A stretch of 64,000 nucleotides of DNA from an uncultured Clostridia bacterium (GTDB taxonomy: Bacteria > Bacillota > Clostridia > TANB77 > CAG-508). Within the stretch, counting starts at the first letter, position 1. Each line of letters starts with the position of its first letter. Where the stretch lies: positions 148,247-212,246 of the forward strand of contig CALXFG010000001.1 in assembly GCA_944387505.1 (NCBI GenBank). The letters run 5' to 3'. Made by a program: the position numbers and the translations under genes. The notes under the pieces are model-generated. The model did not search any database. It worked only from the letters and a program-made list of their open reading frames with translations, and was not told the DNA's origin. This document shows positions 48,980-59,715 of this stretch, piece after piece.

Positions 48980-49591
48980 ATGAGAAACTGTGTGAGTATT
49001 AATTTAAGAAAGAATGAGATTGTCATTAAAATTAGTGATGAAGCAGAGCAAAAAGAAATTGTTGATAATTTAAGAAAAAAACTTCCTGAATTGAAAAAAA
49101 TGTATAAAAATGAAAAAACACCAATTACAGTTACAGGAAAAATTTTGAAGAATAAAGAAATAGATGAAATACAAGAATTAATAAAACACAATATAGATGT
49201 TGAAATTGATTTTGATATGCCAAAATCCTTAGGGCTTTCAAGTATAAAAAGAACATTTAATAAGGAAATTGCAGTTTCTGAAACGAAATTTCATAGAGGT
49301 TCTTTACGATCAGGACAAAAAATGGAATCAGAAGGAAGCCTAGTTATATTAGGAGATGTAAATTCCGGTGCAGAAATAATGGCTTCTGATAATATTGTCG
49401 TATTAGGAGCATTAAGAGGATTAGCACATGCAGGAGCTAAAGGAAATAAACAAGCCATTATTTCTGCAGGGCTTTTAGATACAGTACAGATTCGAATAGC
49501 AAATGTGATTAAAGAAATTGACAGAGATGAGGAGCCATTACATAAACAAGCATATGTTAGTATAATTGATAATGAAATTGTAATAGAATAG
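48980..49591 (+). CDS. minC: Septum site-determining protein MinC
   Basis: C-terminal beta-helix region LRSGQKMESEGSLVILGDVNSGAEIMASDNIVVLGALRGLAHAG. Confidence 0.85.
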   Translation: MRNCVSINLRKNEIVIKISDEAEQKEIVDNLRKKLPELKKMYKNEKTPITVTGKILKNKEIDEIQELIKHNIDVEIDFDMPKSLGLSSIKRTFNKEIAVSETKFHRGSLRSGQKMESEGSLVILGDVNSGAEIMASDNIVVLGALRGLAHAGAKGNKQAIISAGLLDTVQIRIANVIKEIDRDEEPLHKQAYVSIIDNEIVIE

Positions 49592-49593
49592 AT

Positions 49594-50031
49594 TTAACTA
49601 ATAAGTAGTAAAATCAGTATCATAAACAATGTATCATCTTTTACATCTTCTTTATAAAAAAAGAAAAGCAAAGATAAGATAATGAAATCATCTAAGTATA
49701 GTTTTTGACCAGAAATTTCTAATATCGGTTCTTCTTTATCAGAAAAACCATTGACATTAATGAAAATAGGTCCAATATGAAAATGCTTAGATGATTTTTT
49801 TTCATGTATATTTTCTTGATCTTGGTTGTTTGTATCTCCAGCTTTTCTTATTTCCGTATGTGCAGATTGGTTATCATCAAGTATTTCTTGTTTATCCTGT
49901 AACATAGAATTTGGTGCATAATAAGGGTTTCTTGGATAACTACGAGAATAAGGATAAAAAGGAGATCTAAAAAAAGAAATAGGGTTAATCACTAGAATTC
50001 TCCTTACCATTATTTTGATTAAATAATTCAA
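49594..50031 (-). CDS. Hypothetical protein with a Pro/Tyr-rich N-terminus and a hydrophobic C-terminal tail
   Basis: ORF only. The start is uncertain and overlaps the upstream ORF by 47 nt. Confidence 0.4.
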   Translation of the reverse strand: MNYLIKIMVRRILVINPISFFRSPFYPYSRSYPRNPYYAPNSMLQDKQEILDDNQSAHTEIRKAGDTNNQDQENIHEKKSSKHFHIGPIFINVNGFSDKEEPILEISGQKLYLDDFIILSLLFFFYKEDVKDDTLFMILILLLIS

Positions 50032-50446
50032 TTAAATTCGCCATATTTAGTAAATTAGCATATTGATCTAATTTACTTTTTTTTTCATCTCGTAAATAAG
50101 GTTTTAAGGATTGTAACAAATTTGATCTCGGATCAGAAGAGTGATTCATTTTTTCCATTATAGATTTCATTTTCATCATTGTATTCATATCAATTTTACT
50201 AAAATCGAAAGAAGTGTTTTTAGTGTCAGAACCTGATTTAGTAGTATTATCAGTATCTTGCGTATTTACGGAATCAATATTTGCGTTATCATTAGTTACT
50301 TTGTTCCCATTCATCATTGTAGAAAAATTTTTTAGGGTATCAGGAGGAATTTGAGAAAGTATATCATTCAAATTTCCATTATTCAACATAGAGTTTACTT
50401 TATCCATTGTTTGTTTATCAATATTAAAATTATCCAAATCAATCAC
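49985..50446 (-). CDS. Hypothetical Asn/Asp/Thr-rich protein (153 aa)
   Basis: ORF preceded by a gaggtga RBS. No recognised motif. Confidence 0.45.
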   Translation of the reverse strand: MIDLDNFNIDKQTMDKVNSMLNNGNLNDILSQIPPDTLKNFSTMMNGNKVTNDNANIDSVNTQDTDNTTKSGSDTKNTSFDFSKIDMNTMMKMKSIMEKMNHSSDPRSNLLQSLKPYLRDEKKSKLDQYANLLNMANLIELFNQNNGKENSSD

Positions 50447-50606
50447 CTCATAAAATATATATTCAAAATTCTATGTAATATAATATGTCAAAAGACAAAA
50501 AATGTAACATTTTTGTAACAATTTATTTAGAAGTATACATAATTCCAAAAGTGTATACTAAAATAACATAAAATGTTAAAAAAAGTAAAAAAATGTGTGA
50601 AAAAAG

Positions 50607-50635
50607 TTGAAAAATCAATAAAAAAAGGGTATAAT
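50607..50635 (+). promoter_or_regulatory. Putative sigma-A promoter of the surface-protein array
   Basis: TTGAAA, a 17-nt spacer, then TATAAT, about 80 nt upstream of the 50716 start. Confidence 0.5.
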
Positions 50636-50715
50636 TAATAATAGGTATAATTTTAAAATTTATAATGCTGAAAGTGTGATTAGAAGCAAAATTTTATTTC
50701 AGAGGAGGTACCAAT

Positions 50716-53700
50716 ATGAAAAATAAAATTTTAAAAATTAGTGTGGTTATTTTATTAATAATGACGCTAACGATGTCAAATTTTATATTTTTGGGTTCAA
50801 GCCTTATAAGTTATGCAGCAGATGCAACAAGTACGAACCATAAGAATATTGAATTTGATGCATATTTTAAGGATAGTAATGGACAAAAAATAACTACATT
50901 AGATAGAACAGCAGATATGCAAGAAATTTCTTTGTATTTAGCTGTTAATGTCAATACAGAAGGATTTTTTGTGGGACAAGTAAAATTACAAAATGCTAAC
51001 TTTGATATTGTAAGTTCTGAAAGTGAATTTGTAAGCAAAATTGCAGACAATACCGTTTATTTAAATCAATTAGATGTAGGGACAAGTGCAGAAATAGAAG
51101 TAAAAGTAAAACCAATTACTGATGAAGTTATGAATGCAAATATGCTTGATTGTCAAAGTGAATTAATATTAACAGGTATTTATAGAGATAATACAGAAAA
51201 AGACATAGACATTAAAGCTACAAGAATGGTCAATATGAAACTAGTAGAGTCTAATTCAAATGACAATGTAAAAAATGATATAGAAGTTATTACAAACAAA
51301 TTAATTAAAATATCTGGTGAAGATAAACGAGTTGTACAATTGTCATTGCATATGGGATTAAATGACAATAATTTCCCAATGAAAGAAATTTATGCAAAAG
51401 TAAATGTACCAGAAATTGACAAAAAATCACCAGAAGTGATAAAAGATGTTTATCTAAACACAATGTCAGCATTTGATTATAAATATGAGAATGGATATGT
51501 GGAAATAACATTGAAAAATGAACCAACACAAAATAATGATATTCTATGGAGAAAACAAGGAGAAGAAAATGTTGTTTTGACATATATTTATGATGCAGAT
51601 GTGGAATTAGATAATATAGAAATTACTTCAGAAGAAAGTGTTACTTTACAAAATGATAAAGTATTAACCTCAAATGTTGGGACAGTTACATTATCTAATG
51701 AAGAAATCGATTCAACAATAAAAGTAACCGCTAATAATGCAGAAGACAGTATATATAAAGGAAAATTATATTCAGGTATAGATAAACAATATACTAGTCA
51801 AACTGTATTAAATGTTAACTTAGCAAATATAGAAGAATACATATCTATAAGAGAAGAAGCAAGTAGATATATATTTGCTGATGGAGAAGCAGATAGTAAT
51901 ATCTATTATAATAAAACAACTATTTCTAAAAAAGATTTTGATACAATATTTGGAAAAGATGGAAAAATTGAAATTTACAATGAGAATCATGAATTACTAG
52001 CAACAATAACAAGTGATACAGAAGTAGATGATAATGGAAATATTGTAATGGATTATACAGGTAGAGAACCAAAAGCAATAGAAATAAGGACTTCTACCCC
52101 AATTGCAGAAGAAAGTATCACCTTTACACATACAAAAACAATAAGCAAATCAGATATCAATGTTATAAAATCAGCAAATAGCATTGCAACTAGAGTGGTA
52201 TATGGATATAACAATTATAGTGAAACAGAATTAGCTATAAAAGGACAAACCTATACAACTGGTATAGAAGCTGAAACAGAAATGACAATGGCACTTAATG
52301 AAACAACAACAGAAGCAAGATTAGAAATTAGTAGAAATACGTTATCAACCATTGTAGCAAATGATATTGAAATGAAATTAATTTTAAAAACAGATGAAGA
52401 ATCAAAAGATTTATATAAAAATCCAACTTTTACAATTGAATTACCAGAGCAAGTTGAAAGTGTGCAAATTAATAGTATCAATATGTTATATGAAGATGAA
52501 TTAACAATTGCAAATTATACAGCTGATGGAAGATATATCACAATTCAAATGCAAGGAGAACAAACAGCATATAAAGCACAATCTGTAGAAGGTGCAAATG
52601 TCATTATTGATGCAACAGTTAATGTTAATAAAACATCAATTGCAAAACCTGAGTCAATCAATGTAACATATACAAATGAAAAAGCAAATGCTTATGCCAA
52701 TAATGAGGAGATTGGTAGAATTTCTCAAGAAATAGAAGTTGTAGCTCCAAAAGATGTAACCGTTATTAATAGTATAGAAGCATTAGATGTCGAAACGATC
52801 GGAGAAGAAGAAACAACAAGTGTTAGCTTACAAAGAGGAACAGATGCTACACAAATGGAAGTTAATTTTGAAATCATTAATAATAATGAAGAAAATGTTG
52901 ACAATGTATATATGTTAGGAACTTTCCCAACAAGAACAGAAGAAAACAATATAGATATAGCAGTTGTTGATGGAGTTAATGTGGAAAATGGAACAGTATA
53001 TTATACAGAAAATGAAGATGCAACAACAGATATAGAAAACGCTGAAAATGGATGGACAGAAAGTATTACAAATCCAACTGCAGTAAAGAAATATTTAGTT
53101 GCTATGGACAATATTGATTCTAGAACATCTGTTAGTGGTTCATATACAATAGAAGTACCAGAAAATCTAGAATATAATCAAACAGCAACAGAAGGATATG
53201 AAGTAAATTATACAAAAGGACAAGCAAGAAGTGAAAATACAGTAAAAGCAACAGATATTTCAATGGAAACAGGAGTTGGACCAAAGATAGAAACGAATTT
53301 AACAGCAACAGTAGCAGGAGCAGAATTAACCAATACAAGTACAGTAAAAAATGGAGAAGTGATTAAGTATAGAATACAAGTATCTAATACAGGTTCAGAA
53401 GATGTGAAAAACATTACTGTAAAAGGAATGATACCAGATGGAACCATCTTAGTAGAACCAGTTGATAATTATGAATATACAGGAGCTTCTTACTACAAAG
53501 GAATAGATACAGATCATTACGAAACAACAATTGAATCTTTACCAGTTGGAGATATTACATATGTAGAATATGAAGTAATGCTTAGTTCAAACTTAGCAAA
53601 TGGTACATCACTTACAAATACAGCAGAGGTAAGTTTCTCAGATGTAGTGCAAGAAACAAATGAATCAAAGGTTTTATCAGAAAGTGGAAACCTAAGAGTA

Positions 53701-55647
53701 ATGGCAAAAAGAGTAACAGATAGAAAAGTAGATTTATATGAAGCAGGAACAGTTGCATATTATGGAATCATTAAAAATATTTCATCTGAAACATTAAATA
53801 ATGTGACAGTAAAAACAAATAAATCAGAAAACTTAGAAGTTTCAAGATTGGCTTTAATAACAGGAGCAAGTGAAAACGAAGTTCCAGATGATGAATTATA
53901 TGTTATATCATCAGATGAAATACCTGCAGTAAGTGAAGAGGAAGCCAATACAGATACAGCTGAAGATAATGTAACAACAGAAATTATCGAATATAGTGAT
54001 GAAATCAATATAGGAACATTAGCACCAGGGGAATCTAAAATATTAAGTTATGATATGGTGATTAACACAATGCCAAACACAGTAGATACAATTGATTTCT
54101 CAGTAATTGCATCAGATGGACAAAAAGATTATAGATCAAATCTATGGGAAGATAAAGTAAATAGTTTTGATATTGATATGACTATGGATTCAAATACAGA
54201 AAGTGAATATGTCAAATCTGGAGATAATATTACATATACAATCAATGTAAAAAATGCAAGTACATCTATAACACGTGGATTAGTTATAACAGATGAAATT
54301 CCTTCTCAATTAACAATTAATCGTGTAACTGTAAATGGAGAAGAAGAAAACTTTACAACAAATCATATTGAAATTAGCAATGAAATACCAGCAAATGGAG
54401 AAATGAACATTGTGATAGAAACCGTTGTTAATTATTCTGCTAACAGAACAGATGCAGAAACAATCACCAATAGAGCAATCGCAAGTGTATATGGTGAAGA
54501 AATTGCAACCACATCTGATTTAAATCACATCATAGAAGCAGATATGATAGATGAAAATCAACCAAATGAAGATGATAATAATCCAAATATAAATGATGAT
54601 GTGCAAGGTGGAAATATAGCAAATGGAGAACAATTAATTAGTGGTTTAGCATGGTTTGATGAAAACCATGATGGTAAAAAAGATGACAATGAACAAACAT
54701 TATCAAATATAACTGTCAGATTATTAAATGTTAATACAAATCAATTTGTAAAAGATACAAGTGGAAAAGTATTAGAAGCAGCAACAAATAATAATGGAAT
54801 GTATGTTCTTGATAATATTGCAAATGGAGAATATATTGCTATATTTAGTTATGATGAAGGACAATATTCATTAACAAAATATAAAGCAGAAGGAATTAGC
54901 GAAGCAGAAAATTCTGATGTAAGATTAAATGAAATATTAATAGAAAATACAAGACAAGAGGTTGCATCAACAGATATTCTTACAATAGATGGAACCAACA
55001 TATCAAATGTAAATATTGGATTAATACAATTACAAAACTTTGATTTAAAATTAGACAAATATGTCAATAGAATATTAGTCCAAAATTCTGCAGGAACAAC
55101 AACAAGAGAATATAATAATGCAACAACAGCAAAAATAGAGTTAGATGCAAAACAAATGCAAGGTTCAAACATTATTATTGAATACAATATTATTGTAACA
55201 AATGTTGGAGAAGTAGCAGGATATGTTAGAAATATAGTAGATTATCTACCAAATGACTTAGAGTTCAGCTCAGAATTAAATAAAGATTGGTATGAAAAAG
55301 GAAATGCATTGTATACAACAGCAATAGGAAATGAAGTCATTAATCCAGGAGAATCAAAAACGGTAACTTTAACTTTAACCAAAACAATGGGAGAAGATAA
55401 CTTAGTTACAAGAAATAATGCAGAAATTTATGAGGCATATAATGATTTAGGATTAGAAGATTCAAACTCAACACCAGGAAATAATGCAAGTGGAGAAAAT
55501 GATTTAGGCTCAGCAGATGTAATTGTTAGTGTTAGAACAGGTGGTGTTATATATATGACAATTGGAATGACAATAGCAATTATTGTATTAGCAGGAGTTG
55601 TAGCAGGTATTATTGCAAAAAGAAAAAATTTGAAGGAAAAAGAATAG
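50716..55647 (+). CDS. Giant wall-anchored surface protein (DUF11-type repeats plus an SdrD-B/Cna-B-like domain)
   Basis: Signal peptide ...SLISYAADA. DUF11-like repeats (GEVIKYRIQVSNTGSEDVKNITVKGMIPDGT; GDNITYTINVKNASTSITRGLVITDEIP). An SdrD-B-like module (ISGLAWFDENHDGKKDDNEQTLSNITVRLLN...NGMYVLDNIANGEY). A C-terminal sorting-type tail SVRTGG, then a hydrophobic helix, then KRKNLKEKE. Confidence 0.85.
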   Translation: MKNKILKISVVILLIMTLTMSNFIFLGSSLISYAADATSTNHKNIEFDAYFKDSNGQKITTLDRTADMQEISLYLAVNVNTEGFFVGQVKLQNANFDIVSSESEFVSKIADNTVYLNQLDVGTSAEIEVKVKPITDEVMNANMLDCQSELILTGIYRDNTEKDIDIKATRMVNMKLVESNSNDNVKNDIEVITNKLIKISGEDKRVVQLSLHMGLNDNNFPMKEIYAKVNVPEIDKKSPEVIKDVYLNTMSAFDYKYENGYVEITLKNEPTQNNDILWRKQGEENVVLTYIYDADVELDNIEITSEESVTLQNDKVLTSNVGTVTLSNEEIDSTIKVTANNAEDSIYKGKLYSGIDKQYTSQTVLNVNLANIEEYISIREEASRYIFADGEADSNIYYNKTTISKKDFDTIFGKDGKIEIYNENHELLATITSDTEVDDNGNIVMDYTGREPKAIEIRTSTPIAEESITFTHTKTISKSDINVIKSANSIATRVVYGYNNYSETELAIKGQTYTTGIEAETEMTMALNETTTEARLEISRNTLSTIVANDIEMKLILKTDEESKDLYKNPTFTIELPEQVESVQINSINMLYEDELTIANYTADGRYITIQMQGEQTAYKAQSVEGANVIIDATVNVNKTSIAKPESINVTYTNEKANAYANNEEIGRISQEIEVVAPKDVTVINSIEALDVETIGEEETTSVSLQRGTDATQMEVNFEIINNNEENVDNVYMLGTFPTRTEENNIDIAVVDGVNVENGTVYYTENEDATTDIENAENGWTESITNPTAVKKYLVAMDNIDSRTSVSGSYTIEVPENLEYNQTATEGYEVNYTKGQARSENTVKATDISMETGVGPKIETNLTATVAGAELTNTSTVKNGEVIKYRIQVSNTGSEDVKNITVKGMIPDGTILVEPVDNYEYTGASYYKGIDTDHYETTIESLPVGDITYVEYEVMLSSNLANGTSLTNTAEVSFSDVVQETNESKVLSESGNLRVMAKRVTDRKVDLYEAGTVAYYGIIKNISSETLNNVTVKTNKSENLEVSRLALITGASENEVPDDELYVISSDEIPAVSEEEANTDTAEDNVTTEIIEYSDEINIGTLAPGESKILSYDMVINTMPNTVDTIDFSVIASDGQKDYRSNLWEDKVNSFDIDMTMDSNTESEYVKSGDNITYTINVKNASTSITRGLVITDEIPSQLTINRVTVNGEEENFTTNHIEISNEIPANGEMNIVIETVVNYSANRTDAETITNRAIASVYGEEIATTSDLNHIIEADMIDENQPNEDDNNPNINDDVQGGNIANGEQLISGLAWFDENHDGKKDDNEQTLSNITVRLLNVNTNQFVKDTSGKVLEAATNNNGMYVLDNIANGEYIAIFSYDEGQYSLTKYKAEGISEAENSDVRLNEILIENTRQEVASTDILTIDGTNISNVNIGLIQLQNFDLKLDKYVNRILVQNSAGTTTREYNNATTAKIELDAKQMQGSNIIIEYNIIVTNVGEVAGYVRNIVDYLPNDLEFSSELNKDWYEKGNALYTTAIGNEVINPGESKTVTLTLTKTMGEDNLVTRNNAEIYEAYNDLGLEDSNSTPGNNASGENDLGSADVIVSVRTGGVIYMTIGMTIAIIVLAGVVAGIIAKRKNLKEKE

Positions 55648-55662
55648 AAAGGAGGGGGAAAA

Positions 55663-58600
55663 ATGAGTAAAATAAAACAGCTAATAGTTGGAATTATCGT
55701 TTTTGTGATGGCTGTATTAACATATGTAACGATTGTACAAGCCTATACTGTAGGTGGAACTACAAGAATTAATTATTCAGACTATATAAGTGATAGTAAT
55801 TTGTTTTGTGTTGAACACCATCAATCATTAAGAAGTTGGAAAGTAACTTATAAGGTAATTTCTGAAGTAAAAATTGTAGGAAATCAATCAACAGATCATA
55901 CAGGAAAAACAATTACAAATAGTGAAAATGCAAAACTTGCCTATATATTATCATCAAAAGATAGTGGAAGTAGTAAACAAAGTAGTCCAGTACAGAATGC
56001 AATTTGGAATACTATGTATACATGGATGAGTAAAGTTGGAAAAAATCATGCAGGACTATATCAAGGATTTGTAAATGATGTGCATGGTACACATACAAGC
56101 TTGGAAGATCAAGCTACAGAATATGCAAAAGATTTTGGAAATACAAGTACAGAATTAGTAGATAACACAAATAAAAAAGCTATTTCTATACAATCAGATG
56201 GAAATTATATTAAAATCGGTCCATTCAACTGGAGTTTTGCAGGAAGCTTGAAAAATGTTGTAGTAAAAGACCAAAATGGAAAAGCAATCAGTGGAATTAC
56301 TTTTAGTGCATACAAAGGATTAACAGCAAATACATTTGGGGTAGAAAAAATAGTGTCAGGAAAAGATTTCTATATATCTATACCAAGTAATAGTGGGGTT
56401 AGTAAAATTACTAGTATCACGGCAAATGGTAGTACAACAGTAAAAAGTGTAACGATTTGGTTTTTGGAATCACAAAGTGGAGCTAGATATCAAAACTTAA
56501 TTGCCAGAGAACCAAGTGAAGCACCATATAACTATGATACATCATTTGATTATGATATTCCATTATTAGGACATTTAAAAGTTATTAAAGTTAATAAAGA
56601 CAATCACGAAGTTCGATTACAAGGTGTTGGATTTAAAATTCAAAATAAACAAACAGGATTATATGTTCATCAAGATGCAAAGGGAAATATTACATATGTA
56701 AATGAAAATCAAGCAACAGAATTTGTAACAAATGCAAATGGAGAAATTTTAATTAAAAACTTAATTGTAGGAACTTATGTAGCATATGAAACACAAAATC
56801 CAAATTATGGTTATGAAATGATTTCAGGAGGAGTAGAACATAATGTTGTAGTTGATAAAACAGAAGAATTTGTGATTGAGAACAAACAAATTTATGTAAA
56901 ACTTTCTGGATATGTATGGCTAGATAAGCAAAATGGTAAGGAAAGTTACAGAAATGATTTATACAAGACGAGTACAGATACTTACCAAGATACAGAAGAT
57001 CAGTTATTAGAAGGTGTTATTGTAAGGTTAATTGATAGAAGAACAGGTCAAGTGGTAAAAAATGATAATGGAGAAGATTTCTATGCATTGACAAAAGAAA
57101 TTAAATTAGGAGATAACATTATTAGATATTATCAATTTGTAGATGTTAGAATTGATAACTTAGCAAATTACTATATTGAATTTGAATATGATGGAATAAC
57201 TTATACAAATGTAACACCACATATTGACCAAGATACTGGCTCTAAAGCAGCAGAAAACCCTGGGGTAAGAGATGAATTTAATAAAGGATTTAGCACAATT
57301 GAGGGGGCTTCTGAAACAACAGGTGTTGCTCTAGACGAAAATGGAAATGTAGCACATGAATTAAACTATCAAAAAGATAGTGAACAACATAAATCAACTT
57401 TCATTAATGAAGGTTTACCAGTTGGACAATATCCAATCACTGCAAATACAGATGAAACAGATTATAGCATAAAAGACCAATTTGAATATGGAATGGAAGA
57501 AATCCCATATATCAATTTAGGATTATATGAAAGAGAACAACCTGATTTAGCATTAATTAAAGATATGCAAAATGTAAGACTTGCTATTAATGGATATCAA
57601 CATATATATGAATATGCACAAAGATTTGAAAATCTAGAAGCACAAGAGGCAGATGGAGATTATAGTGATACAGCATTCAATGTTGGTGTCAAATTTGCTA
57701 GTAAATATATAGATAATTCATATACAAGAGCTATTTATAAAGCAGATTATGAATATCAAAATGAAGAAGATAGTAGTAGAGAATTAAAAGTATATATCAC
57801 ATATAGAATTGCAGTAAGAAACGAAACAAGTAACTTAATTACACAAGTCAATAATTTAGTAGATTACTTTGATAGTCGATATAGCATCGTAGCAGCAGGT
57901 ACTGGTATTAATCAAGAAGGAATGATTACAGGAAATATTGAATTTGAGCAAGAAGCATATAACAATGAATATACAAAAGCAATTATTTACACAAATTCAA
58001 GAATAGAAACTGGAAAACAAAATGAATTCTATGTACAATTTGAATTAAGTAGAGAAGCTGTTATTGAGATTTTAAATGATGGCGAAACATTAGATAATGT
58101 AGTAGAAATTAATTCATATTCAACATTTGATGGAAATGGAAGTGTATATGCTGGTATAGATGTAGATTCTAATCCAGGAAATGCAATTCCAGGAGATATA
58201 TCAACTTATGAAGATGATACAGACGCAAGTCCATCATTAAAACTAGAAGTGGCAGATGCAAGAGAGATGACAGGTAAAGTATTCTTAGATTCTACTTCAG
58301 GAGAATTGTTAACAGGACAAATCAGACAAGGTAGTGGACAATATGAAGAAGGAGAAACAGGAATACCAGGAGTAGAAGTAACTTTAACAGAAAATACAGG
58401 AACAGGATTAGTATATACAGCAACGACAGATGAAAATGGAGATTTCTATATCTCAGATTTCATACCAGGAGATTATACATTAACCTATACTTGGGGAGAT
58501 GAAACATATACTGTACAAAAATATAAAGGAACGGTATATAATAAAGACAGATATGATGCCAATATGGCTAATAAAGAATGGTATAAGACAGATGTAGGAA

Positions 58601-59664
58601 CAAGATGGACAGATGCTGTAGATAATTATAGTGAACCACAAACAGCTCCAAAAGGCTCAAGACAACAAATTGATGATGAAATGAAGACGATTACAAATAG
58701 AACTGAACCAACAATTCATCAGATGGATTCTACAACACCAACCATGGGAATTGGAGTAGAATATGATACAACTTATACAGCATCAAGTGGAGACAGATAT
58801 GTATATAGAATTGAAAATGTAGACTTTGGTATTGTAGAAAGAGCAAGACAAGCATTAGGACTAAATAAAAGAGTAAAAACAATGGAGGTTACTTTAGCAA
58901 ATGGAACAACTCTAGTAGACTTAGAAATCACAGAAGATGGAAAATTAGAAGGACAAACTTCTAGTGTAACATATTTACCACCATCAGATAGTTCAATTCC
59001 TAAAAATGGAATGGTAAGGCTTGAAATGGATAACGAATTACTAGAAGGATCAACACTTCAAATAGGATATGAAATCAGAGTGGATAACAATAGTGAGTTA
59101 GAATATATGTCAGAAAATTACTATAAGTACGGAATGATTGAAGGAGATGTGGTAACGATTACACCATCAGCAATTGTGGATTACTTAGATACAGATTGGA
59201 TGTTTGATGCAACAAGTAATCCAGATTGGGAAGTAATACAAAAAGATGATTCTAGAATTCAATTAGCAGAAACTGTAAAAACTTCAGACTCAATTGATAA
59301 TAGAACAATACTATATACAGAAGCTTTGGCAGGACATCATTTGGAACCAACACAAAATGCAACAGTAATGTTAAATGTATCTAAACTATTAAATGCTTCA
59401 CAAGATATAGAATTAGAAAACGAAACAGAAATTGTTAAAGTAGATAAACCTGGAGGAGGAACTTTAACATTCATACCAGGTAACTATGTACCAGGTACAG
59501 GACCACAGGTTGAATCTGATGATGATATGGCAGAAATTGTGATTATTACACCTAATACTGGTGAAAACTTAAATTATATTATACCAATAACAGTTACTAT
59601 AACAGCATTTGTTATCATAGGTGTAGGAATCGTCTTTATTAGAAAGAAAGTTCTTAACAAATAG
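55663..59664 (+). CDS. Thioester-domain (TQXA-type) surface adhesin with Cna-B/SpaA-fold and SdrD-B-like domains and a C-terminal sorting signal
   Basis: Signal peptide ...IVQAYT. Candidate thioester Cys in NLFCVEHHQ (codon 55807-55809) and Gln in SPVQNAIWN (codon 55993-55995). A Cna-B-type module GHLKVIKVNKDNHEVRLQGVGFKIQNKQTG...GTYVAYETQNPNYGY. A tail TPNTGE, then a hydrophobic helix, then RKKVLNK. Confidence 0.8.
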   Translation: MSKIKQLIVGIIVFVMAVLTYVTIVQAYTVGGTTRINYSDYISDSNLFCVEHHQSLRSWKVTYKVISEVKIVGNQSTDHTGKTITNSENAKLAYILSSKDSGSSKQSSPVQNAIWNTMYTWMSKVGKNHAGLYQGFVNDVHGTHTSLEDQATEYAKDFGNTSTELVDNTNKKAISIQSDGNYIKIGPFNWSFAGSLKNVVVKDQNGKAISGITFSAYKGLTANTFGVEKIVSGKDFYISIPSNSGVSKITSITANGSTTVKSVTIWFLESQSGARYQNLIAREPSEAPYNYDTSFDYDIPLLGHLKVIKVNKDNHEVRLQGVGFKIQNKQTGLYVHQDAKGNITYVNENQATEFVTNANGEILIKNLIVGTYVAYETQNPNYGYEMISGGVEHNVVVDKTEEFVIENKQIYVKLSGYVWLDKQNGKESYRNDLYKTSTDTYQDTEDQLLEGVIVRLIDRRTGQVVKNDNGEDFYALTKEIKLGDNIIRYYQFVDVRIDNLANYYIEFEYDGITYTNVTPHIDQDTGSKAAENPGVRDEFNKGFSTIEGASETTGVALDENGNVAHELNYQKDSEQHKSTFINEGLPVGQYPITANTDETDYSIKDQFEYGMEEIPYINLGLYEREQPDLALIKDMQNVRLAINGYQHIYEYAQRFENLEAQEADGDYSDTAFNVGVKFASKYIDNSYTRAIYKADYEYQNEEDSSRELKVYITYRIAVRNETSNLITQVNNLVDYFDSRYSIVAAGTGINQEGMITGNIEFEQEAYNNEYTKAIIYTNSRIETGKQNEFYVQFELSREAVIEILNDGETLDNVVEINSYSTFDGNGSVYAGIDVDSNPGNAIPGDISTYEDDTDASPSLKLEVADAREMTGKVFLDSTSGELLTGQIRQGSGQYEEGETGIPGVEVTLTENTGTGLVYTATTDENGDFYISDFIPGDYTLTYTWGDETYTVQKYKGTVYNKDRYDANMANKEWYKTDVGTRWTDAVDNYSEPQTAPKGSRQQIDDEMKTITNRTEPTIHQMDSTTPTMGIGVEYDTTYTASSGDRYVYRIENVDFGIVERARQALGLNKRVKTMEVTLANGTTLVDLEITEDGKLEGQTSSVTYLPPSDSSIPKNGMVRLEMDNELLEGSTLQIGYEIRVDNNSELEYMSENYYKYGMIEGDVVTITPSAIVDYLDTDWMFDATSNPDWEVIQKDDSRIQLAETVKTSDSIDNRTILYTEALAGHHLEPTQNATVMLNVSKLLNASQDIELENETEIVKVDKPGGGTLTFIPGNYVPGTGPQVESDDDMAEIVIITPNTGENLNYIIPITVTITAFVIIGVGIVFIRKKVLNK

Positions 59665-59677
59665 TCATATATAAAGA

Positions 59678-59715
59678 AAATATGAGATTGAAAATTCAAT
59701 CTCATATTTTTTTTT
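59678..59715 (+). terminator. Rho-independent terminator
   Basis: 13-bp stem aaatatgagattg / caatctcatattt followed by a T-run of nine. Confidence 0.85.

Noticed and set aside
49594-50446. The two overlapping minus-strand ORFs as another frameshifted single gene of the CGG-A type
   Set aside because: No CCG (that is, a minus-strand CGG) occurs in the 49985-50031 overlap. No homology argument supports joining them.
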